Positions 10,365-18,900 of a DNA stretch of 64,000 nucleotides are shown here, piece by piece. Location: assembly GCA_029980465.1 (NCBI GenBank), contig JARYIJ010000001.1, positions 1,821,749 through 1,885,748 of the forward strand, given 5' to 3'. The DNA is from Pseudolabrys sp. (GTDB lineage: Bacteria; Pseudomonadota; Alphaproteobacteria; Rhizobiales; Xanthobacteraceae). The position numbers and the translations under genes were made by a program. Position 1 is the first letter of the stretch; every line of letters starts with the position of its first letter. Under the pieces are notes generated by a model. It saw only the letters and a program-made list of their open reading frames with translations. It was not told the DNA's origin and did no database searches.

Positions 10365-11197
10365 TGGCGCTGCGCATCATCACCGCCGATCAGCGGCTCG
10401 CCGAGGCGCATGCCAAGACCACGATGGCGATCTTCGGGCCCTCGGGTGTCGGCAAGACCTCGCTGCTTAAGACCCTGCCGCCGGCGGAGACGCTCTGCAT
10501 CGATCTCGAGGCCGGCATGAAGTCGGTCCAGGACTGGCCGGGCGACAGCATCCCGGTGCGCAGCTTCGGCGACGCGCTCGACGTCGGCTGCCTGATCGGC
10601 GGCGTCAATCCGGCGGCCGACGAGAAGACGTTCTTCTGCGAGAGCCACTACCGGCACCTGGTCGACACCTATCCCGACCTCGTCCGCATGATCGCGGGAA
10701 AGCGCATCATCTTCGTCGACTCGATCACCGACCTGACGCGGCTCGCCATGGTGTGGGCGAAGACCCGGCCCGAGGCGCAGTCGGAGCGGACTGGCAAACC
10801 CGATACCCGCGGCGCCTACGGTCTCCTGGCACGCGAAACCATCGGGCTCCTGAAGCACCTGCAGCACGCGCCCGGCCGCACCGTCATCTTCGTCGGCATC
10901 CTGGAGCGCATCACCGACGAGTTCAACCGCGTCACCTGGCAGCCGCAAATGGAAGGCGGCAAGGCCGCCCGCGAGCTCCCCGGCATCGTCGACCAGGTGA
11001 TCTCCATGAGCCGGTTCACGGCAGATGGCGACGCGTGGCGCCACGAGCCCGAGCGCGGCGACGTGCGCCGCTTCGTCTGCCAGGCCGCGAATCCGTTCGG
11101 CCTGCCGGGCAAGGATCGTTCCGGCCGCCTCGACCTCACCGAGCCGCCCGACCTGAGCGCGCTCATTCGCAAGATCAACCAGCCCAGCAAAGGATGA
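10364..11197 (+). CDS. Phage AAA_24 / Sak4-like RecA-fold ATPase
   Basis: 277 aa. Walker A is GPSGVGKTS and Walker B-like is IIFVDSITDL. Second copy at 57222-58052 on the minus strand. Confidence 0.8.
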   Translation: MALRIITADQRLAEAHAKTTMAIFGPSGVGKTSLLKTLPPAETLCIDLEAGMKSVQDWPGDSIPVRSFGDALDVGCLIGGVNPAADEKTFFCESHYRHLVDTYPDLVRMIAGKRIIFVDSITDLTRLAMVWAKTRPEAQSERTGKPDTRGAYGLLARETIGLLKHLQHAPGRTVIFVGILERITDEFNRVTWQPQMEGGKAARELPGIVDQVISMSRFTADGDAWRHEPERGDVRRFVCQAANPFGLPGKDRSGRLDLTEPPDLSALIRKINQPSKG

Positions 11198-11937
11198 CCA
11201 CCATGTTCGACATGAACGACGCCGAGCCGCAGAAGAGCGGTGAACTCATTCCCGATGGCACCTTCGCCAAGGTCACGATGAGCATCCGCCCCGGCGGGAT
11301 CGATGGCCAGAGCGAGATCGACCAGGCACTGCTCAAGGCGCCGAAGGACCCGTCGAGCGACGTACGCATGCTCGACTGCGAGTTCACGGTGGCGGAGGGA
11401 CCGCACGCCAAGCGCAAGTTCTGGCAGATGTTCACGGTGCAGGGCGGCAAGGTCGACGAGAACGGCGTGTCGATCGCCTGGAAAATTTCCAAGAGCACCT
11501 TCCGCGCCATGATCGACAGCGCGCTCGGGCTCGACCCGCAGGACATGAGCGAAGCGGCCAAGCAGAAACGCATCCTGCGCGGTCTTGCCGACCTCAACGG
11601 CATCACCTTCGTTGCCAAGATCAAGGTCGAGGCGAGCGAGGACGCCCGCTACAGCGATCAGAACCGCCTCGACCGCGTGGTGCTGCCGAACGAGAAGGAA
11701 TGGAAGCTCGTCATGGACGGCAAGGACGTGCCGGCGAGCCCGAGCCGTTCTCGCGGCGCCGGCAGCAAGGCCGCGGCCGCGCAACCCGCCTGGACGCAAG
11801 GCGCAGCCCCGGGCGGCCAGTCCCCGGCTGCGCAGCGTTCGACGCAGGCGCCCAGCGCGCCCGCCTGGTCGCAACCGTCACCTGCCGCCGGAGCGCCGGC
11901 GGCAAAGCAGTCGGGTCCGGCATGGCTCAACGGCTGA
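11194..11937 (+). CDS. DUF669-like phage protein (possible ssDNA-binding), Ala/Pro/Gln-rich tail
   Basis: 247 aa from MTTMFDMNDAEP. ATGA overlap with the ATPase gene. Typical partner position next to Sak4-like ATPases. The family call is from memory. Confidence 0.55.
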   Translation: MTTMFDMNDAEPQKSGELIPDGTFAKVTMSIRPGGIDGQSEIDQALLKAPKDPSSDVRMLDCEFTVAEGPHAKRKFWQMFTVQGGKVDENGVSIAWKISKSTFRAMIDSALGLDPQDMSEAAKQKRILRGLADLNGITFVAKIKVEASEDARYSDQNRLDRVVLPNEKEWKLVMDGKDVPASPSRSRGAGSKAAAAQPAWTQGAAPGGQSPAAQRSTQAPSAPAWSQPSPAAGAPAAKQSGPAWLNG

Positions 11938-11940
11938 ACC

Positions 11941-12174
11941 ATGACCGACAACGAATGGCAGGCGCACGTCGCGCATGAAGCGGCCAAGGCGACCGGCGAA
12001 TGGCTCGAAGGAAGAGGACGGCTTCACCAGCCAATCCGCTCTTTGACCATGCCCGAGCTCGAGGCCATGGCGCAGAACGCCATCAGCCGCTTCATCGTGA
12101 TGGCGTCGCAGCGGATCGCGGAGGCACCGGACGAGCCCGGGTCGCGGAAGCTCTCGACGCTGCTCATGGGCTGA
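11941..12174 (+). CDS. Hypothetical small phage-type protein
   Basis: 77 aa. Third-codon-position G/C (GC3) is strong in this frame through 12174. Confidence 0.6.
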   Translation: MTDNEWQAHVAHEAAKATGEWLEGRGRLHQPIRSLTMPELEAMAQNAISRFIVMASQRIAEAPDEPGSRKLSTLLMG

Positions 12175-12515
12175 GAGCCTGTGCGCACTGCAGTCGGGAA
12201 TCCCGAGGTTTCTACTACACGCACCAACTGCGCCCCGACCGGTACCCGACCTTTGCGTTCTGCTCGTTGCGCTGCCTCAACGCCGGCGCTGCTATCGCCA
12301 AGAGGAACCACGGCATGATCGACAAGACCGAGCTGGAGACGCAGGCGATCAAGGCGGCACGCCGCAATCTTGCGGAGGTGCTGACCGAGCTCGGGTTGAT
12401 GGCGCCGTTCCATGACCGATCGGCCGACGAGATCGATCGCGTCATAGAGGCCTGCGTCGACGGCTTCCAGGCCGCGATGCACCGCGAAACGCTCAACGAC
12501 GATATCCCGTTTTGA
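12171..12515 (+). CDS. Hypothetical Cys-containing protein (CAHC...CSLRC), start unresolved
   Basis: The GC3 signal switches into this frame at about 12171, but there is no in-frame ATG/GTG/TTG before 12312. The listed ATG at 12000 lies in a low-GC3 stretch. Confidence 0.4.
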   Translation: MRACAHCSRESRGFYYTHQLRPDRYPTFAFCSLRCLNAGAAIAKRNHGMIDKTELETQAIKAARRNLAEVLTELGLMAPFHDRSADEIDRVIEACVDGFQAAMHRETLNDDIPF

Positions 12516-12523
12516 GGGTGCTC

Positions 12524-13291
12524 ATGGACGTCGTCAATCTCAATCATGGCTCCGGATTTGTGTACGGCATCGGCGCGCGCGAGATGTCCGTTGCCCAGCG
12601 CGTCAACACGCTGATCGATGCCGCTCTATTGACAGCGCGGCGCGAGCAGCCCGAGCGCGATTACCTCGGGGCGTCGCGGCTGGGAGAGCCTTGCTGCCGC
12701 CGCCTCGCCTACGAAATCACCCACACGCCGCCGGATTATGGTCACGATCTCGACGGCGCCATGCTGCGGGTGTTCGAAGCCGGCCACCGGTTCGAGGCGT
12801 TGTCGATCGAATGGCTGCGCGCTGCGGGATTCGATCTGCGGACGCAGCGGCGCGACGGCAGCCAGTTCGGCTTTGCGGCGGCTGGCGGGCGGCTGCGCGG
12901 TCATATCGACGGCGTGATCCTTGCCGGCCCCGACATCGGCGTGCCCTGGCCGGCACTGTGGGAGCACAAGGCGCTCAACGCCAGGTCCTGGAACGACATC
13001 CTCAAGCGCGGCCTGCGCATCGCAAAGCCGCTCTATTTCGCGCAGGTCCAGATCTACATGGCCTACATGGAGATCGGCGTCACGCTGTTCAGCGCGCTGA
13101 ACAAGGACAGCCAGGCGCTCCACCACGAGCTGGTCTCCTTCGATCCCGCTGAAGCGCAGTCGCTCTCCGACAAGGCGGTCGACATCCTGCGCGCGGTCGA
13201 AACTTGCGAACTGCCGCCCCGCATCGCAGCCGCGTCCGACTTCTACCTCTGCCGACTGTGCCCGTTCGCCCGACGCTGCTGGGAGCAATGA
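12524..13291 (+). CDS. PD-(D/E)XK exonuclease, Cas4/RecB-like, with C-terminal Cys cluster
   Basis: Nuclease-like HIDGVI...WEHKAL motif and C-terminal CRLCPFARRC plus an N-terminal CC. ATG 12524 is preceded by GAGGG. Confidence 0.7.
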   Translation: MDVVNLNHGSGFVYGIGAREMSVAQRVNTLIDAALLTARREQPERDYLGASRLGEPCCRRLAYEITHTPPDYGHDLDGAMLRVFEAGHRFEALSIEWLRAAGFDLRTQRRDGSQFGFAAAGGRLRGHIDGVILAGPDIGVPWPALWEHKALNARSWNDILKRGLRIAKPLYFAQVQIYMAYMEIGVTLFSALNKDSQALHHELVSFDPAEAQSLSDKAVDILRAVETCELPPRIAAASDFYLCRLCPFARRCWEQ

Positions 13292-14580
13292 CCATGACAT
13301 TCACGCCGTCGGACATGCAAGCCAAGGCGATCAACGCGATCAAGGACTGGTTCACGAACCGCACCGCCGTGCAGCAGGTGTTCCGGGTGTTCGGCTATGC
13401 CGGCACCGGCAAGACCACCATCACCCGACACGCCATCGCCGAGCTCGGTCTCGAAACCGGCGCAAGCGACGGCGTCCACTACGCGGCCTTCACCGGCAAG
13501 GCGGCGCTGGTGATGACCCGCAAGGGGACGCCGGCCTCGACCATTCACTCGCTGATCTACCGCGTGTCGGAGGCGACGCCCGCGGAGATCGAGAAGGTCA
13601 AGGAGGAGATCGCCGATCTCAAGGCAAAAATCGCATCCATCGGTGCGGCCGAGCGCCTGTTCGCCGAGTCGCAACTTCGCTCGCTCGAATTGCGGCTGTC
13701 CGACATCCACAAGCCGCGTTTCGTGCTGAACGAGCAGTCCATGTTGCGCGAAGCCAAGCTGCTCGTGCTCGACGAGGTGTCGATGGTCGGCGACGACATG
13801 GCGCGCGATCTTCTCGCCTTCGGCAAGCCGATCCTGGTGCTGGGCGATCCCGGCCAGCTGCCGCCGGTCAGGGGCGAAGGCGCGTTCACGCAATGTCAGC
13901 CCGATGTGATGCTGACCGAGATTCATCGCCAGGCCGGCGAGAGTGCCATCATCCGATTGGCCACGCTCGCGCGCGAAAGCAAATCCATCCCCTACGGCGT
14001 GCACGACGAATTCGTCTGGAAGATGCGCAGGCTCGATGTGGCGCCCGAGCAGATGCTGCGCGGCGGCCAGGTGATCTGCGGCCGCAACGCCACGCGCCTG
14101 CAGCTCAACCTCGCCATGAAGCGGGCGTCCGGGTTCGAGGGCGTCTATCCGACCGGGCAAGGCGAAAAGATCATCTGCCTGAAGAACCGCAACGATCTTG
14201 GGCTGGTCAACGGCATGTTCCTCGACCTCACCGAGGTAAAGGACGAGGACGAGATTTCATTCACCGCCGTCGTTACCACGGAGGACGGACAGAAGATCGG
14301 CGGGACGAACGGAGCGCGCGAGCGCTTCCGCGTCTACAAGGGGTACTTCGACGACCACGTCACGCCCGATCCGGAGCGCGAGCGCCGTGATCACTGGAAG
14401 AAAAAGACTATCATCGAGGCGGTTTGGGGCTGGGCCATCACCTGTCACAAGGCTCAGGGCTCGCAGTGGGAGAACATCATCGTCTACGACGACGGCCTTG
14501 GCCGCACCGCCGAAGATCGTGCCCGCTGGCTCTACACCGCCATCACCCGCGCCGAGCGCGGTCTCGTGCTGCTCGATTGA
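13288..14580 (+). CDS. RecD-like (AAA_30/UvrD_C_2) DNA helicase
   Basis: 430 aa. Walker A is GYAGTGKTT, Walker B is LLVLDEVSMV, and the C-terminal motif is ITCHKAQGSQWENIIV. Confidence 0.85.
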   Translation: MTMTFTPSDMQAKAINAIKDWFTNRTAVQQVFRVFGYAGTGKTTITRHAIAELGLETGASDGVHYAAFTGKAALVMTRKGTPASTIHSLIYRVSEATPAEIEKVKEEIADLKAKIASIGAAERLFAESQLRSLELRLSDIHKPRFVLNEQSMLREAKLLVLDEVSMVGDDMARDLLAFGKPILVLGDPGQLPPVRGEGAFTQCQPDVMLTEIHRQAGESAIIRLATLARESKSIPYGVHDEFVWKMRRLDVAPEQMLRGGQVICGRNATRLQLNLAMKRASGFEGVYPTGQGEKIICLKNRNDLGLVNGMFLDLTEVKDEDEISFTAVVTTEDGQKIGGTNGARERFRVYKGYFDDHVTPDPERERRDHWKKKTIIEAVWGWAITCHKAQGSQWENIIVYDDGLGRTAEDRARWLYTAITRAERGLVLLD

Positions 14581-14587
14581 GGCGCCG

Positions 14588-17539
14588 ATGCTCGACCTCA
14601 ACGAAGCCGAACCTGCACGCCCGGCCGAGTGGTTTGACCTCGATGCAGTCGTCGCAAGATTGCGCGAGACCGCCGAGCACTGGGTGCCGCGACACTTCCC
14701 GAATGGCCGGCGGATAGGCGATGAATGGCGGCTTGCCAATATCCGGGGCGATGCGCCGCGCAAGAACGGCTCCTGCGTGATTGCACTCACCGGCGAGCAC
14801 GCCGGCGACTGGATCGATTTTGATGGCGGCGAGGGTGGCGGCCCCATCAACACGCTGGAGCACGCCATCCATCGCACCGGTCGCGAGCTGATAAGCTACG
14901 CGGCCGATCTGACCAGGACCGGCCCGCAGCCGAAACGAGGCGCAACCAAGCCATCGTCCAAGCAAGCCGACCAGGCCCGCGAGATTGACCATATCCTGTC
15001 GAAAGCAGTGCCGGTCGCCGGCACGCTGGGCGAACGCTATCTCGCATCGCGCCGGCTGGCGGCGCCGGATTGTACTGACCTTCTGTTCCACCCAGACCTG
15101 ACGCACTGGGAGAGCCGGCGCGGCTTTCCGGGCCTGGTCGCGGTGGTGCGTGACGGCAGCGGCACTCGCATCGCGCTCCACCGCACTTATCTCGCCGACG
15201 ACGGGGCCGCCAAAGCGCCGGTTGATAACCCGCGCAAGATGCTGGCCTCGGTCGCCGGCGGTGCTGTCCGCCTTGCCAATCTGACCGATGATCACGTCGT
15301 TGGGCTCGCCGAAGGCATCGAGACGGCGCTCTCGGTGATGGCGGCCAGTGCGCGCCTGCCGGTCTGGGCGACGCTATCGACGTCCAACCTGGAGCAGGTC
15401 GTTCTGCCCGTCCAAGCACGGAAGGTCGTGCTTCTGGCCGACCACGACCCCTCCAACGCCGGCGCGCGCGCCGCCGCGACCGCCGCCGCCCGCCTGCACG
15501 CCGAAGGCCGGCGCGTCTTCATCGCAATGCCACCCAAGGAGGGCGATGACTTCAACGATCTGCTGATGCGCGAGGGCGCCGATGCCGTGCGCAGGGTCGT
15601 CGAGTCGGCGGTCGAGTGGAGCGGCCAGGGCACCTCAGAAACCATGGCTCTCGTCGTTGACGGCGGCACGCACCGGCCAATCGGGCTGTCACTGCCCGAG
15701 CGCGCGCGACCGCAACTCCGCGCCGACAACGGTGATCTCGCCGGCGCGGTCTCGCAGGCCTGGCGCATCCTGCTTGCCGCCAACAATCCACCCTGGCTGT
15801 TCCGTGCCGCCGGATGCCCAACCTGGGTGGTGCGCGACGACGACGGCCTTCCCATGGCGAAGCCGCTCACGGAGGATCGCTTGCGGCCGGTGCTCGCCCA
15901 GCTCGTCGATTGGCGGAAGATCAATCGCAACGGCGAACTTATTCCCGCCCATCCACCATCGCCGGTGATCAAATCGATCCTCGCTACGCCCGATCCGGCA
16001 CTGCCGGTGCTCGCCGGCATCGTCACCACGCCGGTGTTCGGCCGCGACGGCGAACTCATTACCAAGCCGGGATACCATCCGGCGGCGCGCCTGCTTTATG
16101 ACCCGCCCAAGGATTTTGTGCTGCCAACGGTCGCCAAGCAGCCGACGCCGGCGGATATCGCTGCGGCGCGGTCATTGCTACTCGAAGATCTCCTGGGAGA
16201 GTTTCCGTTCACTGGCGAGGCCGAGCGCGCGCATGCACTCGCGCTGCTGCTCGTCGGCTTCGTGCGCACCATGATCGACGGGCCGACCCCGCTGCACTTG
16301 GTCGAAAAGCCCACGCAAGGCACCGGCGCGACCTTGATGGTGGACGCGGTTTCCGTGATCGCTACCGGCTGCCGCGCCAGCGTCATGGTCGAGGGCAGTG
16401 ACGACGAGGAATGGCGCAAGCGCCTGACCGCCAAGTTGCGCCAGATCCCGTCCGTCGTGCTGATCGACAATCTGCGCCGGCCGCTCGATTCCTCGGCGCT
16501 TGCGGCCGCGCTCACCGCGCCGTTCTGGGAAGACCGCATTTTGGGTATCTCGGAAACCACGCGGCTGCCGATCCGCTGCATCTGGATCGCCACCGGCAAC
16601 AATGCCGAGTTCTCAGGCGAAATGGCGCGCCGGCTGGTGCGCATCCGGCTCGATGCCCGTGTCGACCAGCCCTGGCGCCGCAACGGTTTCCGCCATCCCG
16701 ATCTTATCGCCTGGGTTCATGCCAACCGGGCAGACCTCGTGGCCGCCTGTCTGTCTCTTTGCCGCGGCTGGATCGCGGCCGGCATGCCACGCGGAGCCAA
16801 GCATATCGGCAGCTTCGAAGCCTGGGCCGCCGTCATGGGCGGCCTGCTCGAGGCGATCGGCGTTCCGGGCTTCCTCGGCAATATCGACGAGATGCTGGAA
16901 GCCTCTGACGGTGAGGGCGCGGTCTGGCGTGTGTTCGTCGGTCAATGGTGGGATCGCTTTGGCACCGCTGAAGTCGGCAGCAGCGGACTCTATGAACTCG
17001 CCATCACCTGCGAACCACCATTGCCGCTCGGCATGGGCGGCGAACGATCACAGCGCACGCGGCTCGGCAAGGCGCTCGTGCGCATGCGCGATCGTGTGTT
17101 CGACATCGCCGGCCTAAAGGCGCGCATCCGGGCGATCGGAGTGTCGCATCAGGCGCGCCGCTGGCAGCTCGTCCTCGAAGGGGAACCTGGGGAACGTGGG
17201 GAACGTTTTTCGCAAGCCGCCAAAGCTGAACAAGGGGAACGTCAGGCCGATTTGGAGCAACGTTCCCCTCGACGTTCCCCGACTTATCTTATTGATGGAC
17301 AAGGCATCGGGGAACATGGGGAACCTGGGGAACGTTTTTCTGACCTACGCGCATGCGCATCGAAGAACGACGAAAATAATATAAAAGAAGAGCAAGCACG
17401 TTCCCCACGTTCGCCACGTTCCCAAAATGGTGGCGGTTCAGACGCTTATACGGGGGAACGTGGCGGGGAACCTCGGAATGGACCTTCCCCACGTTCCCCG
17501 CTGACTGAATCTCCCAATTGGCTAAAGGGGGTGCCGTGA
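14588..17539 (+). CDS. Toprim-domain DNA primase fused to a large C-terminal (NTPase/helicase-like) region; replication initiator
   Basis: 983 aa from MLDLNEAEP. Toprim-like VVLLADHDPSNAGARAA...PPKEGDDFNDLL. The C-terminal low-complexity GER/GEP/RSP tract is encoded by the iteron array. Confidence 0.8.
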   Translation: MLDLNEAEPARPAEWFDLDAVVARLRETAEHWVPRHFPNGRRIGDEWRLANIRGDAPRKNGSCVIALTGEHAGDWIDFDGGEGGGPINTLEHAIHRTGRELISYAADLTRTGPQPKRGATKPSSKQADQAREIDHILSKAVPVAGTLGERYLASRRLAAPDCTDLLFHPDLTHWESRRGFPGLVAVVRDGSGTRIALHRTYLADDGAAKAPVDNPRKMLASVAGGAVRLANLTDDHVVGLAEGIETALSVMAASARLPVWATLSTSNLEQVVLPVQARKVVLLADHDPSNAGARAAATAAARLHAEGRRVFIAMPPKEGDDFNDLLMREGADAVRRVVESAVEWSGQGTSETMALVVDGGTHRPIGLSLPERARPQLRADNGDLAGAVSQAWRILLAANNPPWLFRAAGCPTWVVRDDDGLPMAKPLTEDRLRPVLAQLVDWRKINRNGELIPAHPPSPVIKSILATPDPALPVLAGIVTTPVFGRDGELITKPGYHPAARLLYDPPKDFVLPTVAKQPTPADIAAARSLLLEDLLGEFPFTGEAERAHALALLLVGFVRTMIDGPTPLHLVEKPTQGTGATLMVDAVSVIATGCRASVMVEGSDDEEWRKRLTAKLRQIPSVVLIDNLRRPLDSSALAAALTAPFWEDRILGISETTRLPIRCIWIATGNNAEFSGEMARRLVRIRLDARVDQPWRRNGFRHPDLIAWVHANRADLVAACLSLCRGWIAAGMPRGAKHIGSFEAWAAVMGGLLEAIGVPGFLGNIDEMLEASDGEGAVWRVFVGQWWDRFGTAEVGSSGLYELAITCEPPLPLGMGGERSQRTRLGKALVRMRDRVFDIAGLKARIRAIGVSHQARRWQLVLEGEPGERGERFSQAAKAEQGERQADLEQRSPRRSPTYLIDGQGIGEHGEPGERFSDLRACASKNDENNIKEEQARSPRSPRSQNGGGSDAYTGERGGEPRNGPSPRSPLTESPNWLKGVP
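17180..17499. repeat. Iteron array (16 copies of GGGGAAC[G/C/A]T or its complement) around an AT-rich core; putative replication origin
   Basis: Forward 9-mers at 17180, 17189, 17198, 17234, 17309, 17318, 17327, 17453 and 17465. Reverse 9-mers at 17260, 17272, 17398, 17407, 17416, 17482 and 17491. AT-rich stretch GAAAATAATATAAAAGAAGAG at 17372-17392. Confidence 0.7.
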
Positions 17540-17582
17540 TGCAGCGCACTCTCAATGCCAGATTGCTCCGCGGAGCCGCGCC

Positions 17583-17900
17583 ATGAGCCGGCAACGCCTT
17601 CCCGATCGCCGGCCCAGCCTCACGATCACCTTCGTGCACGACTGCCGGTCCTATTCGGTTACGTTCGGCTTCGACCCCGACAGCTGCCGCGTCGGCGAAG
17701 TGTTCACGCACGGCGCCAAGGTCGGCTCTGCCATGGATGGCATCCTCGACGATGCCTGCATCGCGCTGTCGCTCCTGCTGCAGCACGGCGTCGAACCGAA
17801 GGCACTCGCGGCGAGCATGGGGAGGCTCGGCGACGGCAAAACACCTGCCTCAATCATCGGCGCGCTTGCTGACCTCATCGCACGCGAGGCGCAGCCATGA
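17583..17900 (+). CDS. Conserved small phage-type hypothetical protein
   Basis: 105 aa. Homolog at 50652-50969. Confidence 0.6.
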   Translation: MSRQRLPDRRPSLTITFVHDCRSYSVTFGFDPDSCRVGEVFTHGAKVGSAMDGILDDACIALSLLLQHGVEPKALAASMGRLGDGKTPASIIGALADLIAREAQP

Positions 17901-18097
17901 GGTGGATGCCTAAGGGATACGGGGGCAAACGCCGTCCGCCGGAAGACGTCAAGCGCGATGGCTGGCACGAGCACGGCATCCTGGTGGTCAGTGAGGATGA
18001 TCAGCGTCTCACCTGGCCGGAGCGTGAATTGATCAGGCAGCTCGGGAGAAAACTTTACGGCAAGCGCGCAGCAACCAAAGAGGCGTGCCATGGCTGA
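17897..18097 (+). CDS. Small hypothetical protein
   Basis: 66 aa. ATGA coupling to the upstream gene. Homolog at 50966-51166. Confidence 0.55.
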   Translation: MRWMPKGYGGKRRPPEDVKRDGWHEHGILVVSEDDQRLTWPERELIRQLGRKLYGKRAATKEACHG

Positions 18098-18530
18098 TTG
18101 GACGCCGGCCTGTGTCGAAGCGCGCCTGCATGAGGCGGCCGACGTGATGAAGCGTCTGCCCGAGGTGCGCGTGCAGGGCTACTATTCGCTGTGGCCGAAA
18201 GTTCTCGCCGAGTTCAGCGATTTGGTTGGCCAGGAGCCGTCGCGACTCAAGCGTCCTCCTCCGTCTCCAGATGCCATCTCGCGGATGGAGGAGACGCTCC
18301 GCTGGCTGCGCTGGCTGGAAGCCGAAGATGCCAAGCTCGCGTGGGCGCGCGCCGAGCGCACGCCGTGGAAAATGATCTGCTGGCGGTTCGGTGTCTGTCG
18401 CGCCACTGCGCATCGGCGCTGGCAGTATGTCCTGAGCCTGATCGCTTGGCGGCTTAATGGCCGCAAGCTACCGACGAAGCGATCGCGGAAGTACGTGACT
18501 GCGATGGTGGGGCGAGCCCCGCCGGGCTGA
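18090..18530 (+). CDS. Hypothetical phage-type protein (Trp/Arg-rich, possible DNA-binding)
   Basis: 146 aa. Overlaps the upstream gene by 8 nt. Homolog at 51159-51587. Confidence 0.6.
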   Translation: MADWTPACVEARLHEAADVMKRLPEVRVQGYYSLWPKVLAEFSDLVGQEPSRLKRPPPSPDAISRMEETLRWLRWLEAEDAKLAWARAERTPWKMICWRFGVCRATAHRRWQYVLSLIAWRLNGRKLPTKRSRKYVTAMVGRAPPG

Positions 18531-18627
18531 GGCGATACTCGGTTTTTCGATTATTTTCATGGCTCGCTTTGGGAAGTTGCGATTGTCGAGTAAAAAAGTG
18601 TCTCAGTTTGAATAAGGCAGCCCGTCA

Positions 18628-18900
18628 CTAAACATCTAATTTTTTGACATCTGGTTCTGGTTTACCTGACCAAGTCATGCGGTAGATGGAGCCGGGAGCT
18701 ACAGACTGAACTGCATGGGGCCAAAGAGCCGCAAAGCAGGTGCCGCCCGAGTGACGCACGGACGGATAAATAATACCGTTTAGACCGCGACTACGAGCGG
18801 CTTCCGCCAGTGCGTTGCCTTCTGGGTAACCTACCGCTGGGTCTGGATGCAGGCACGGATGACTTGGATCAGCACGCCGTAAAGCCGAACCGAACCACAT
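18628..18900 (-). pseudogene. C-terminal fragment of a RES-domain toxin-like protein
   Basis: The 90-aa ORF contains GIIYPSVRHSGGTCFAALWP (Ser-containing RES-type block). The N-terminal two thirds are missing where the methylase gene begins. Confidence 0.5.

Noticed and set aside
12000-12170. ATG at 12000 as the start of the 171-aa ORF.
   Set aside because: GC3 is low in this frame before about 12171 and high in the overlapping 11941 frame.
17180-17499. Reading the repeat array (and its twin at 50258-50569) as a CRISPR array or simple microsatellite.
   Set aside because: The units are only 9 bp, occur in both orientations, are often directly abutting without spacers, lie in frame inside a gene and surround an AT-rich core. 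This fits iterons, not CRISPR.
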